A DNA stretch of 60,357 nucleotides from Bacteroidales bacterium (GCA_003559735.1 PWKN01000169.1:1-60357), one strand, 5' to 3'; positions 37,357-47,014 are shown, numbered from the stretch's first letter. The notes: generated from the sequence alone by a model not told the origin. Made by a program: numbers and translations.

Positions 37357-39198
37357 TTATTGTGATTTTAACTTGTTCCATGATCTGTAAAGCAACAGCG
37401 ACGATGCAACGACAATTACTGCAAACACCAGGGCTTGTGGTATATTCCCGTAAAGGAGGTTTCCTATGGTGAACAAAATACTGTATATCGACATACATCC
37501 AAATATCATACACAGTATTCCTGTGGGTACATCCCATTTAAGGTCAGTCTCCTTGACCAGTTCAACATCGTCTTTTCTGGCGTTGTTAACAACCTTTTCC
37601 CATCCTGGTCCACCTGGTCTGATCTTCCTGTAAAAATTGCGAAGCGTTGTTTCATCTACCGGTGAGGTTAGAAAAGTGACGATAATCCATGTTGCGGAGG
37701 TAAGGAAGACAACTCCTGTAAACTTAACGATGTTCCAGTAGCCAACCGTGGTGGTTATACCAAACACTTCGACCATGCCGGTCCCGGTTCTTGTCATGGC
37801 AAAGTTTTCGATTATGATGAACAACAGGGAGAAGGAGCCTGCGGCAACCATGGCCGATACTTCAGACCAGGCATTGATCCTCCACCAGAACCAACGAAGA
37901 ATGTAGATCAGTCCTGTTCCTGCCCCGATCATCAGCAGGTACTGGAATGCCTGCAGCGCATTTTGCAGTACCAGTGCCAGCAATACTGAGAAGAACATGA
38001 GGGTAATGGTGCTGATCCTGCCAAATGTAACCTTTTGTTTTTCCGTTGCCCTGGGGTTATAAAACCGCCCGTAGAAATCATTTACCAGGTAGGATGAACC
38101 CCAGTTAAGCTGTGATGCTGTGGTGGACATGTATGCAGCGATGAGTGAAGCAACAACCAGTCCGAGTAGTCCCGAAGGCAAAAACTCCCTGAGCATGGCG
38201 GGATATGCAAAGTCGTGCTGTATGTATTGCCTGGAAACTTCGGGAAACTTATCGACCATTGACTGGATGTCAGGAAAAACGATCAGTGACGCCAATCCTA
38301 CAACAATCCAGGGCCAGGGCCGCAGGGCATAATGGAAAAAGTTAAACAGGAGTGTAGCTCCAACGGCGTGGTCTTCGCTTTTGGCAGAAAGCATTCGTTG
38401 CGCCACATAGCCACCACCACCAGGTTCGGCTCCCGGATACCAGGCTGCCCACCATTGAACGGCGAGGGGGATCAGAAATATGCTTAAAAAGATCTCTGGC
38501 TGTGAAGTGCTGGGTACAAAGCTTAGTTTGCCGGCCACGTTTGGATGGGAGAACAATGCAGACAATCCGCCAATTTCTGGTGAACCTGCCACATAAACGG
38601 CGGCAATTACTGCTCCAAACATGGCAAAACTAAACTGGAACAAATCTGTCCACAGAATGGATTTCAATCCACCCAGTCCGCTGTAAAAAACAACAATTAC
38701 CGCAGCGATGATCAGTGCGGGGGCAGGCTGCAGTCCAAGCATAACCCCTGCTATCTTTATAAAGGCAAGCGACACGCTGGCAATAACCATCACGTTGAAA
38801 AAGAAGCCCAGGTAAATGGCCCTGAACCCCCTCAGAAATGCCGCCGTCTTTCCGCTATAGCGTAATTCGTAGAATTCCAGATCCGTCATTACCCTTGAAC
38901 GGTTCCACAGTTTGGCATAAATAAAAACGGTGAGCATGCCTGTCAGGAGAAAGGCCCACCATAACCAGTTGCTTGCCACACCACCGGTACGTACCATGTC
39001 GGTCACCAGGTTGGGTGTATCAGCCGAAAAGGTGGTTGCCACCATCGAAACACCGAGTAACCACCAGGGCATATTGCGTCCGGACAAAAAGAAGTTTGCT
39101 GTACTTTTTCCGGCTTGCCGCGATGCGACATAACCAATAGACAGCAGAACGGCAAAAAAGATGACCAGTATTACCCAGTCAATTGTTTGTAATATCAT
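37357..39198 (-). CDS. Sodium:solute symporter (SSS) family transporter
   Basis: FFLSGRNMPWWLLGVSMVATTFSADTP, ELRYSG, GGLKSILWTD, QRMLSAKSE, AAYMST. Confidence 0.92.
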   Translation of the reverse strand: MILQTIDWVILVIFFAVLLSIGYVASRQAGKSTANFFLSGRNMPWWLLGVSMVATTFSADTPNLVTDMVRTGGVASNWLWWAFLLTGMLTVFIYAKLWNRSRVMTDLEFYELRYSGKTAAFLRGFRAIYLGFFFNVMVIASVSLAFIKIAGVMLGLQPAPALIIAAVIVVFYSGLGGLKSILWTDLFQFSFAMFGAVIAAVYVAGSPEIGGLSALFSHPNVAGKLSFVPSTSQPEIFLSIFLIPLAVQWWAAWYPGAEPGGGGYVAQRMLSAKSEDHAVGATLLFNFFHYALRPWPWIVVGLASLIVFPDIQSMVDKFPEVSRQYIQHDFAYPAMLREFLPSGLLGLVVASLIAAYMSTTASQLNWGSSYLVNDFYGRFYNPRATEKQKVTFGRISTITLMFFSVLLALVLQNALQAFQYLLMIGAGTGLIYILRWFWWRINAWSEVSAMVAAGSFSLLFIIIENFAMTRTGTGMVEVFGITTTVGYWNIVKFTGVVFLTSATWIIVTFLTSPVDETTLRNFYRKIRPGGPGWEKVVNNARKDDVELVKETDLKWDVPTGILCMIFGCMSIYSILFTIGNLLYGNIPQALVFAVIVVASSLLLYRSWNKLKSQ

Positions 39199-39365
39199 GT
39201 CAGTGAGTTGTATTTATTAATAACATCGGTTGCCGCAGGGTGTCAGTCAGAAACCGGACAAAAATACAAATTAACTCAAATCCTGTTAAAATAATTATTG
39301 TACTGCTTTATAATGACATCCGGCAGCGGACCGGTGTTTTGCTGTTGGCGCGTCGGACTTATTGA

Positions 39366-39401
39366 GTAAAGGTGATACCTGCGGCAGGTACCACCTTTTA
39401 C
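39366..39401 (-). terminator. Long near-perfect hairpin, probable terminator
   Basis: GTAAAGGTGATACCTGC-G-GCAGGTACCACCTTTTAC. Confidence 0.6.
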
Positions 39402-39520
39402 CAACCAAAACCAAACTACTACCAAACCAACCCAGGATGAACCGAAGAATGGTTCAAACATTCTTAAACCCGAACATTATAGTTCAGACACCTGACTTTG
39501 TGGACAGGCACTAATAAAAT

Positions 39521-42500
39521 TCAACGCTTTAACAATTTGTGCATATGTACTATTTGATTCTTTTCATTTCTTATTGTAACGATATAGAAACCGCTCCTTA
39601 GTTCCCGTGGCAGGGGAAAAACTACAGACGCACCGGATTTCAGTCCGCCTAGTCTTTCTGACCATACGGTGTGTCCCGTTACATCTGTTAATGTTACAGT
39701 GCAGGCATCAGAAAGATTGACGGCTGACTCCACAACAAAATGGTCCTTTGCCGGGTTCGGATAAATAGTGATCTCTATCCCGTGCTCTGTCTCAAAAATA
39801 TTCGTTGGCGACACGGCAGTGATGGCAAGGGTGTCGGGCTCACTATCCTGTAACTGATCATTCACTACCAGGGTGAGCTTGTATTCTCCGGGCAGGTCTG
39901 CTCTGAATATGGGGTTGGCCGACAGATAACTCCACAAGCGGGGATTGCTGTTTTCGGGGTATTCAATGATGGACCACCCGTACGTGAGCTCTTCTCCGCA
40001 GTGGCCATAACTTTCTGATCCGTCAAGGGTTACTGTCTCTCCCGTATTGACGGTCATGTCTGCTCCCGCAATGGCCACTGGTGGTAAAGCAAACAGCACG
40101 TTCAGGGTGTCGGGCATGGAGGCCTCCTCTTCATCACTCACCACGAGGGTAAATGTATATTCTCCGGCCTTGTCGGCCAGAAATTCAAAGCTTTCTGCTG
40201 TCGGATCTTCGATCTCCATTTCGCTTCCTGGTGGCTCACTTACCAGGTTCCAATAAAACGACAGTGGCAATCTCCTGGGGTTCACGCTTTCAACTCCGCT
40301 TATTAAGGCGGCATCGCCGTATGGAACCTTCTGGTCCCTGCCGGTCACGGCCACCGGGTACTCATAGCCTTCGAGAAAGATCAGCTTGGCAGCCAGGTCT
40401 TTGGAAAAAGCAGGAACAGTAAGGTCAATATACTTGTTTGCCAGCACAATGGTGTCTGTTGCCGAAATATCTCCTGAAACGGGATCGTACCATGTTAGTG
40501 CATAATGTCCGAATGGAATACCGTCGAGATCCAGTGTCGTATTGACTATATCAGCGGCAAAGCTTCTGCTGTATACGTACATATAGTAATTTCCTGCATC
40601 GGTTCTCATCCCCTCCGTTCTGACTGAAGGGTCGGACGAGGTGGTTTTAATGCTGAAGCTTGTCGGATTTCCCTCTGCCACCCAGTCGAGATCACCAAAA
40701 TAGTCTGCCATTGGTTTAAAGATCTGGTAGAACCCCATGTTCAATGCTCTGTCCCAATACCAGTGCATATTGGGCAGATGTCTGAAGTATCCCACCCAGC
40801 AGGCATTTCTGACCTCATCCTTCGATTCTGTCAGTCCGCTTTTGCCAAACTCCCCGCAGATAATCGGGTGGTCTGTTTTTGTCTTGAACGTCTCATATTT
40901 TGACAGGATTGCCCCGGTAACATCGTGCCCGTATGAGTGAAACTGGTATATTTCGAGCTCTTTAACCTGTCCCAGCGGTTCGACCAGTGGATGATCGAGC
41001 CAACCGCTCACACTGGTGGTGCGTATGTGGTCATAGGGGTCAATGCTTCTTATATAGGCTCCCATTTCTTCATGCCAGTCAACTACATCGGTGAGCCAGT
41101 AGTCGGGGTTTGACATGTGCATGCCGGTTAGATCCACTTCATTAAAGAACTCCCAGGAGAACAGATGTGTAGAATAGCCCCACCTGGCTACATAATAGCG
41201 CAAAAGGTTCCTGGTATGTTTTTTTGCCAGTTCATTGCCAAAAAAGTCGGCAGGTTTTTCCAGATACCCACCATAGTCAATGTTGTATGGGTTCAGGTTC
41301 CAATTGGGGTTGACGTTCTCTGACAGTATGCCGTGCTGAAAAATGGTCAGCATGACCTGTATGTCATGTTGCCTGCACAGTGCGAATACAGAGTCGAGTA
41401 AGCCGGCAGCCTGCTGACTGTAAATTCCAATCCCATCATAATAGGAGTGCCCCTTTCTTGCTTCGAGCGACTGGGAGGCAAATGTTACGGTCCAATAGCG
41501 CAACATGTTGGCATTGTTCTCTCCAAGGGTGCTTATGTGTTCGTGGTAGTCTGCAATTTTGTCTGTTTTGGTACTCCAGGCTACATTGACCCCCATCGGG
41601 AGATACGGTTCGCCTGTTGAATGCCGGTAATACTGTTTATGTCCGGTATCTGGATATACAAAGCCTTTGTTGTCAGATTCAGAAACAGACAAGGTGTGTT
41701 CTGCTGATACAAAATGCCCTTCCTCATCATGCATATGCAGCACGATGGTATGTTCCCCTGCCTGGTCGGATGTAAACCTTACCATCCAGCATTGGTAGGT
41801 AGAGTCGTTTTGCCAGTTGCCGTTATCGTCAGGGTAGCTTCTGATGTAGTAGAAAGCAGGCATCGTATCCGTTGATGCGTCGGGTTTGGTAATCAGTGCG
41901 TCAACCGCCACGATGCCGGGATCGTAGGGGTTGGCGTATGATCTGCTTATCTGGAAGACCCCTTCGATCTTTCCGTACACTACCGGGGTAACATCCGGGA
42001 AGCTCAGCTTACTGAACAGCTCACCGGGTGCGAACACAAACAGCCTTGTGCCGGTTGATGCGGATTTTCCATCGGTGTTTGTTATCTTAAGGGATACATC
42101 AAAGAGTCCGCCTTCGGCATATGTATGTGTAACAACCGGACCATCTTCAAGGGTGGTGCCGTCACCAAAATCCCATTCATAGGTGAGTTCAAGGTCATTC
42201 CAATCGAACGACTCCGATGCGTCGAACGTCACCTGACTGCCGGCGTAGACAGGTGGCGGACTGACGGAGAGGTTGAGGACAGGATAGCCTTCATCAGCGA
42301 GCGGATTGGAAAACCTGAAGTCGTCGAAATAGACCACGGCCGGGTTGTTGTTGTCCACCCCGGCAGCTATCTCAAGCCTGGTGAATGACCGTCCCATGGC
42401 ATCACTTACGTCAACGGTGAATTCCAACCATTGGTTTGCCGGTGGGATATCATTCCAGTTGTGAGCCCAGCTTTCGATAACCACATCGTCGCCATCCCAG

Positions 42501-42820
42501 AATTTGTAATACACCCTGCCTGCCGTAGAAGAGTGTACCTTGAACGACATTTTTGTGCTGTTCCCAAAGGAACGGGATCCGGGAAAAACCATTGCGACGT
42601 AGTGCCAGTTGCCCTCATCTTTTTCGTACCTTCCGCAGCGGGCACTTGGGTTGACTTCGTCCTGGTATGGATTGTCAACCACTGAAGCATTGCCACCCTC
42701 CAGCAGAGGGGTGGTTGCTTCGGTTTCAAAGTCGGCAAACACCTGGGCTGCTGTCTGGAAGGGGGAAAAGCACAGCATCAGGATAATTATATGCAGGTTG
42801 ATTTTGTACATGGCAATCAT
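39521..42820 (-). CDS. T9SS-secreted clan GH-A (GH5-like) glycosidase: CBM-like, PKD, DUF5060-like, catalytic barrel, 2 PKD, CTD
   Basis: YEWDFGDG (PKD); YANPYDP, WMVRFT (DUF5060-like); YYVARWGYS, WEFFNEVD (acid/base), QFHSY, ICGEFG (nucleophile); YPNPA CTD. Confidence 0.75.
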   Translation of the reverse strand: MIAMYKINLHIIILMLCFSPFQTAAQVFADFETEATTPLLEGGNASVVDNPYQDEVNPSARCGRYEKDEGNWHYVAMVFPGSRSFGNSTKMSFKVHSSTAGRVYYKFWDGDDVVIESWAHNWNDIPPANQWLEFTVDVSDAMGRSFTRLEIAAGVDNNNPAVVYFDDFRFSNPLADEGYPVLNLSVSPPPVYAGSQVTFDASESFDWNDLELTYEWDFGDGTTLEDGPVVTHTYAEGGLFDVSLKITNTDGKSASTGTRLFVFAPGELFSKLSFPDVTPVVYGKIEGVFQISRSYANPYDPGIVAVDALITKPDASTDTMPAFYYIRSYPDDNGNWQNDSTYQCWMVRFTSDQAGEHTIVLHMHDEEGHFVSAEHTLSVSESDNKGFVYPDTGHKQYYRHSTGEPYLPMGVNVAWSTKTDKIADYHEHISTLGENNANMLRYWTVTFASQSLEARKGHSYYDGIGIYSQQAAGLLDSVFALCRQHDIQVMLTIFQHGILSENVNPNWNLNPYNIDYGGYLEKPADFFGNELAKKHTRNLLRYYVARWGYSTHLFSWEFFNEVDLTGMHMSNPDYWLTDVVDWHEEMGAYIRSIDPYDHIRTTSVSGWLDHPLVEPLGQVKELEIYQFHSYGHDVTGAILSKYETFKTKTDHPIICGEFGKSGLTESKDEVRNACWVGYFRHLPNMHWYWDRALNMGFYQIFKPMADYFGDLDWVAEGNPTSFSIKTTSSDPSVRTEGMRTDAGNYYMYVYSRSFAADIVNTTLDLDGIPFGHYALTWYDPVSGDISATDTIVLANKYIDLTVPAFSKDLAAKLIFLEGYEYPVAVTGRDQKVPYGDAALISGVESVNPRRLPLSFYWNLVSEPPGSEMEIEDPTAESFEFLADKAGEYTFTLVVSDEEEASMPDTLNVLFALPPVAIAGADMTVNTGETVTLDGSESYGHCGEELTYGWSIIEYPENSNPRLWSYLSANPIFRADLPGEYKLTLVVNDQLQDSEPDTLAITAVSPTNIFETEHGIEITIYPNPAKDHFVVESAVNLSDACTVTLTDVTGHTVWSERLGGLKSGASVVFPLPRELRSGFYIVTIRNEKNQIVHMHKLLKR

Positions 42821-42860
42821 TGTTTGGGTTGTTCTTTAGTCTGCCGCCAATTTGCATTGA

Positions 42861-43850
42861 TCAGAATTCCTCGTGGTGTTTTTTAACATAGCCGATGACC
42901 TCGTCGACATGGCAAAAGGCGATGGCCGTGTAGGTGTCGGCTGCACCGTAGTAGATCGCAATACGACCTGTCGGTGCGTCATACAGGTTCTGGCAGGGGA
43001 ATGCCACGTTCGGAACAAATCCTGATACCTCATAGTCTCTTTGGGGCGTAAGCAGGTAGTTGCCACACCGGTATAGTACCCTGGATGGTTCATCTATGTC
43101 AAGGATTGCTGCTCCGATGCTGTATACATAACCGTTGCATGTGTTTACAACTCCGTGGTAGAAAAGGAGCCATCCTTCGGTGGTCTCAATGGGTGGTGGA
43201 CCTGCTCCGATCTTTAATGACTGCCACCAGCCTTTTCCCCCGCTTCCCATCACCCATTTGTGGTTGCCCCAGTACCTGAGGTCAGGACTGTCGGAGATGA
43301 ATATGTCGCCAAAGGGTGTATGTCCGCTATCGCTTGGTCTGCTGAGCATCTTATACATTCCGTTGACTTTTCTGGGAAACAAAACCCCGTTGCGGTTAAA
43401 TGGCATCAGCGGATTGGGAAGGCGTATCCAGTTTTTGAGGTCTTTTGTGTAACCAAGCCCTATTGATGGTCCGTGCATGTCATCGCACCAGATCACATAG
43501 AATGTGCCGTCGATCTTAAGAAAACGCGGATCGTATGCATAGTTTGAAGGTGCCGGGTTGCCCTGCTCGTCCACCCAGGGGATCACATTGTCGTCGAATT
43601 CAAAATTGAAGCCGTCTTTGCTGCGGCCAAAATGAAGGTTGGCTGTGATGATCTTGTGGTCTGCCCTGAAAACACCCACAAACTCACCTTCATGCGGGAG
43701 AACGGCACTGTTAAACACCCTTGCTGTTGATGGCGTAGGGTCCCATCCGGTAACTGGGTTATTGCTGTAACGCCACATTGGCTCAATACACCCTTTTGGC
43801 TTGTCTTCCCACGGAAGATTTGAAAGTGAAGATCCGATAATTGTACTCAT
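42861..43850 (-). CDS. GH130 beta-1,4-mannooligosaccharide/mannoside phosphorylase (subfamily 2-like)
   Basis: Start ATG 43850; FNSAV, YAYDPR, PFNRNGVLFPRK, SRPSDSGHTPFGDIF, KIGAG, YHGV, VPNVAFP, YYGAADT; no signal peptide. Confidence 0.93.
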   Translation of the reverse strand: MSTIIGSSLSNLPWEDKPKGCIEPMWRYSNNPVTGWDPTPSTARVFNSAVLPHEGEFVGVFRADHKIITANLHFGRSKDGFNFEFDDNVIPWVDEQGNPAPSNYAYDPRFLKIDGTFYVIWCDDMHGPSIGLGYTKDLKNWIRLPNPLMPFNRNGVLFPRKVNGMYKMLSRPSDSGHTPFGDIFISDSPDLRYWGNHKWVMGSGGKGWWQSLKIGAGPPPIETTEGWLLFYHGVVNTCNGYVYSIGAAILDIDEPSRVLYRCGNYLLTPQRDYEVSGFVPNVAFPCQNLYDAPTGRIAIYYGAADTYTAIAFCHVDEVIGYVKKHHEEF

Positions 43851-43891
43851 ATTATTTATATTTGGAATGATATGGTTTGTAAAAAGTTTCT

Positions 43892-43953
43892 CAAAAATAC
43901 AAATGGTTGTCTTTGCGGTATAACAGATATGTTGATAATACTTGCACAAATAC
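43892..43953 (-). promoter_or_regulatory. GH130 operon promoter with putative HTCS direct-repeat site
   Basis: -7 TATTTTTG (43892-43899, minus); AGATATGT (43925) and degenerate ACAAATAC (43946). Confidence 0.5.
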
Positions 43954-43985
43954 CTAATGTGGGTCAGATATGCATAAAAAAGATC

Positions 43986-44047
43986 AAAAAAAGTCCGCTG
44001 CTGAACAATCAATATGGATGCATTGACCTTGTCTGACAGCGGACTTT
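43986..44047 (-). terminator. Rho-independent terminator after the CBM9-like gene
   Basis: Minus strand AAAGTCCGCTG...CAGCGGAC followed by T7; a second hairpin GGTCTTTGATG...CATCAAAAGACC lies at about 44075-44116. Confidence 0.65.
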
Positions 44048-44136
44048 CTGCTATGGCAAAAATAATGATCTATGGGTCTTTGATGTCCATAAAGTGATGC
44101 AAGGCATCAAAAGACCGGCAACAGTCAAACACCAGA

Positions 44137-45618
44137 TTAATGTTTGATAATCTTCTGGATCCGGACATCTCCCGAGGTGTCGATTGCCCTGAACAGGTAT
44201 ATTCCCGGATTCAAAGAACTGGTATTGATGTCAACCTGGTCGGCATGCGTGCTGCCTTCCATGATCAATGCCCCTGTAATGCTGATGATCTGGTAGGATG
44301 CCATGTTCTGCATCTGAGCAGTTAGTCTGTCTGTAACCGGCATGGGATAAACTACCAGTGCGGACGATTCTGTGGTTGTTTCCTCTATGGCCACAAAACC
44401 TTCCGATTTAATGGCGCCCCAGTACTGGCTTGATTCGTAGGGGTGATGTTCGCCATCGACCCCCGCCCAAATCACGTTACAATACCTTTCATCCGCAATG
44501 GCCGGATCGTGGTCAGCCAGAGCGAGGTCGAAGGTGATGAAGAATCCGTCTCCTGCAGCTGCAGCGGCTTCCTCATCCCCACCGTAAATCGATATCCACG
44601 GAATAGCAGCTTCGATGGTATAGCCACCGGTCATTGATCCCTGCCCCCAATGCATTCCATTGTCCATAAAGAGGTCAACGGTTGCACCGTCCTGTCCGGA
44701 AAGGGTTTCGGTATCATAATTGATCCTGATCTGATACTGGCCACTGAGGCGGCCACCTGCTGCGTTACGTCCCTCTCCATCCATAAAGATCTCCACACCG
44801 TCATGGTTCCACCAGTCTGTCGTTGTTGGCGCTGTCGGCGAATTATCCATGATCTCGATGAACAGATACAGGAAGTCATCATCAAACAATGCCCTGAAGT
44901 TGCTTCCCTGGGCAGGAACGGCAGTCTCACCCTCCATAACAAAGTTTACATTCTCAATGTTTGAAGGATCGACATCGAACCATGCATCTTCAATGTCGAA
45001 GCCATCTATTTCCATTTCCTCTGTGGTCCTGGCAGCAATGTAAATTCTGTCGGGCTCAAACATTGGAACAACGGCCTTGCTGATCTCAATATCATCAAAA
45101 TAGGCAACTGTGTTGGCATCCTCTGGTGTGTCACCCCACGATGTGCTGAACTCCATACGCACACCATAAAACTCTGTTAAAGCGCTGACATCGAGTGCCC
45201 CGTATGACCATTCACCACCAGGTGCCGGTCTTGCAGCCCAATCTTCACCCAATGGTTCTCCTTCGCTGTCGAGCGGCCGCATGTAAACATATACATCGGT
45301 TTCAGCGTAGAATTTGACACGCAGCGTATTTCTGTCGCCCAAAACAACAGCTTCGTCAAACATAATGTCCGCCGCACTGTTCCAGTTGCCGGGTTCCCTA
45401 TTCTGCATCACGACCTTTGCAGATTCGTTGATCCCTTCAGGAAGCGGGTTGTCAACGATTTCCAGCTCTTCGTACCCCCAGCCTCCAAGGGTATACCCGT
45501 GGTCTTCGGGATCACCCTCAAAATCGGCGACAATGAGAATGTCTTCATAGATGATATCCTGACCCTGAACCAGAGATATCGCCGAAATAAGAAATAAAAA
45601 TGTAAAGAATTTTTTCAT
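44137..45618 (-). CDS. Non-catalytic T9SS-secreted glycan-binding protein (CBM-like + CBM9-like + CTD)
   Basis: Signal peptide; IDG..EDAW, FRALFDDDFLYLFIEIMD, DGVEIFMD, GYTIEAAIPW (CBM9-like); YPMPV...GIYLF CTD; no catalytic domain recognised. Confidence 0.75.
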   Translation of the reverse strand: MKKFFTFLFLISAISLVQGQDIIYEDILIVADFEGDPEDHGYTLGGWGYEELEIVDNPLPEGINESAKVVMQNREPGNWNSAADIMFDEAVVLGDRNTLRVKFYAETDVYVYMRPLDSEGEPLGEDWAARPAPGGEWSYGALDVSALTEFYGVRMEFSTSWGDTPEDANTVAYFDDIEISKAVVPMFEPDRIYIAARTTEEMEIDGFDIEDAWFDVDPSNIENVNFVMEGETAVPAQGSNFRALFDDDFLYLFIEIMDNSPTAPTTTDWWNHDGVEIFMDGEGRNAAGGRLSGQYQIRINYDTETLSGQDGATVDLFMDNGMHWGQGSMTGGYTIEAAIPWISIYGGDEEAAAAAGDGFFITFDLALADHDPAIADERYCNVIWAGVDGEHHPYESSQYWGAIKSEGFVAIEETTTESSALVVYPMPVTDRLTAQMQNMASYQIISITGALIMEGSTHADQVDINTSSLNPGIYLFRAIDTSGDVRIQKIIKH

Positions 45619-45662
45619 AATTTGATGGATTTTGGTTAATAGTTAGGAATAATATGCGATGA

Positions 45663-45724
45663 TAAAAGTACCACAAGCCGGAGAGAAGGGCTTGTATTTA
45701 TGTTCTATGTATTGATAGGTATGT
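45663..45724 (-). promoter_or_regulatory. CBM9-like gene promoter with putative HTCS direct-repeat site
   Basis: -7 TACTTTTA (45663-45670, minus); ATTTATGTTCT (45696) and AGGTATGTTCT (45717). Confidence 0.55.
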
Positions 45725-45795
45725 TCTGTTCTTGCACCCCCTTTGCTGCGCTGTTGAACCAATTGGATGGTAAGGTGTCCGGCCGGGGACAGCGA

Positions 45796-46911
45796 TCACC
45801 TGGTGTTGTCGACAGAGAAGCGATAGATGGTTGCCGATTCGTACTTGCTGCCGGGTGAAAGCATTGCAGATGGAAAAGAAGGTTGATTTGGGGAATCCGG
45901 GAAATGCTGTGTTTCAAGACATAAAGAAGTCCTGCGGTGATAGGCTTCACCCCGTTTGCCGGTATCAGACCCATCCAGGAAGTTGCCGGTATAAAACTGG
46001 ATACCCGGCTCTGTTGTCAGGACATCCATTTTTCTCCCTTTTTCAGGATGGAATACACTTGCTGCAGGTTCAGGCAGGCGGCTGTCCGGACTGGTTTTAT
46101 CCAGCACGAAATTATGGTCATATCCTCTTCCATAAACCATTTGCCGGTGGGTTGAACCGATCCTGTCGCCGATCCTGGTATACTCATTAAAGTCGAATGG
46201 GGTGCCGGCAACCGGTGCAATCTCCCCGGTGGGGATCTGGTTGTCGTCAGTCGGGGTATAATGGCTGGCCAGGATCTTCAGACGGTGATCATTGATCGTC
46301 CGGTTACCCTCTCCGGCAAGGTTAAAAAAGGGATGTCCGGTGAGGTTGACAACGGTTTTTTTATCGGTGGTGGCAAAGTAATCAATGCGCAGTTCATTTT
46401 CGTTGTTCAGCGAATACTGAACGGTCACCTGCAGGTTGCCGGGATACCCTTCCTCCATGTGTGGTGACAGGTAACGCAGGGTCAGCATCTGGCTGCTGTT
46501 TTGTTCTCCATCCCAGACCACATTGTGAAAACCGCCGCTGCCACCATGCAGGTGGTTTGGCCCATTGTTGGTGTCCAGTGCGTATTCCCTGCCATCCAGC
46601 GAAAACCTGCCGTTTGCAATGCGGTTGCCAAAACGGCCGATAAGGGCACCGTAATACACTTCATTTGAGTCAAGGTATTGTCTTATGGTATGATAGCCGG
46701 TTACTATGTCGTCACAGACACCATCCCTGTCAGGAACGATCAGCGATACGATACGGCCACCATAATTGGTAATGTCAACACGGAGTCCGTTCTCATTTTT
46801 CAGGGTATACAGATGGGTCTTTTTCCCGTTGAGCATAATAGAAAAGTCCTCCTCACAAGGAAATACCAGTCCGCCGGCCAATTGCACCCTTGATGTTTTA
46901 TGATGTGTCAT
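45796..46911 (-). CDS. galM: Aldose 1-epimerase (galactose mutarotase)
   Basis: GRFGNRIA, NHLHGG, EEGYPG, NLTGHPFFNL, GYDHNF, QFYTGN, CLETQHFPD. Confidence 0.93.
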   Translation of the reverse strand: MTHHKTSRVQLAGGLVFPCEEDFSIMLNGKKTHLYTLKNENGLRVDITNYGGRIVSLIVPDRDGVCDDIVTGYHTIRQYLDSNEVYYGALIGRFGNRIANGRFSLDGREYALDTNNGPNHLHGGSGGFHNVVWDGEQNSSQMLTLRYLSPHMEEGYPGNLQVTVQYSLNNENELRIDYFATTDKKTVVNLTGHPFFNLAGEGNRTINDHRLKILASHYTPTDDNQIPTGEIAPVAGTPFDFNEYTRIGDRIGSTHRQMVYGRGYDHNFVLDKTSPDSRLPEPAASVFHPEKGRKMDVLTTEPGIQFYTGNFLDGSDTGKRGEAYHRRTSLCLETQHFPDSPNQPSFPSAMLSPGSKYESATIYRFSVDNTR

Positions 46912-47014
46912 AAGAATAAATATTCAAAAAAAATTAAATATTGGATAAAATCAAATGCATTCCTGCCTGGTGTCGCAGCAAAGATCGCATTTTTTCCGGA
47001 AAAACAAAAAAATC

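Noticed and set aside
39276-39461. 61-aa ORF in the intergenic region upstream of the SSS gene
   Set aside because: It runs through a low-complexity GT tract and a strong hairpin; better explained as RNA structure.
43851-44012. N-terminal extensions in the ORF track for GH130, HTCS, transaldolase, Tat oxidoreductase and GH26
   Set aside because: Most overlap predicted promoters or terminators, and family homology or signal peptides begin at downstream ATGs.
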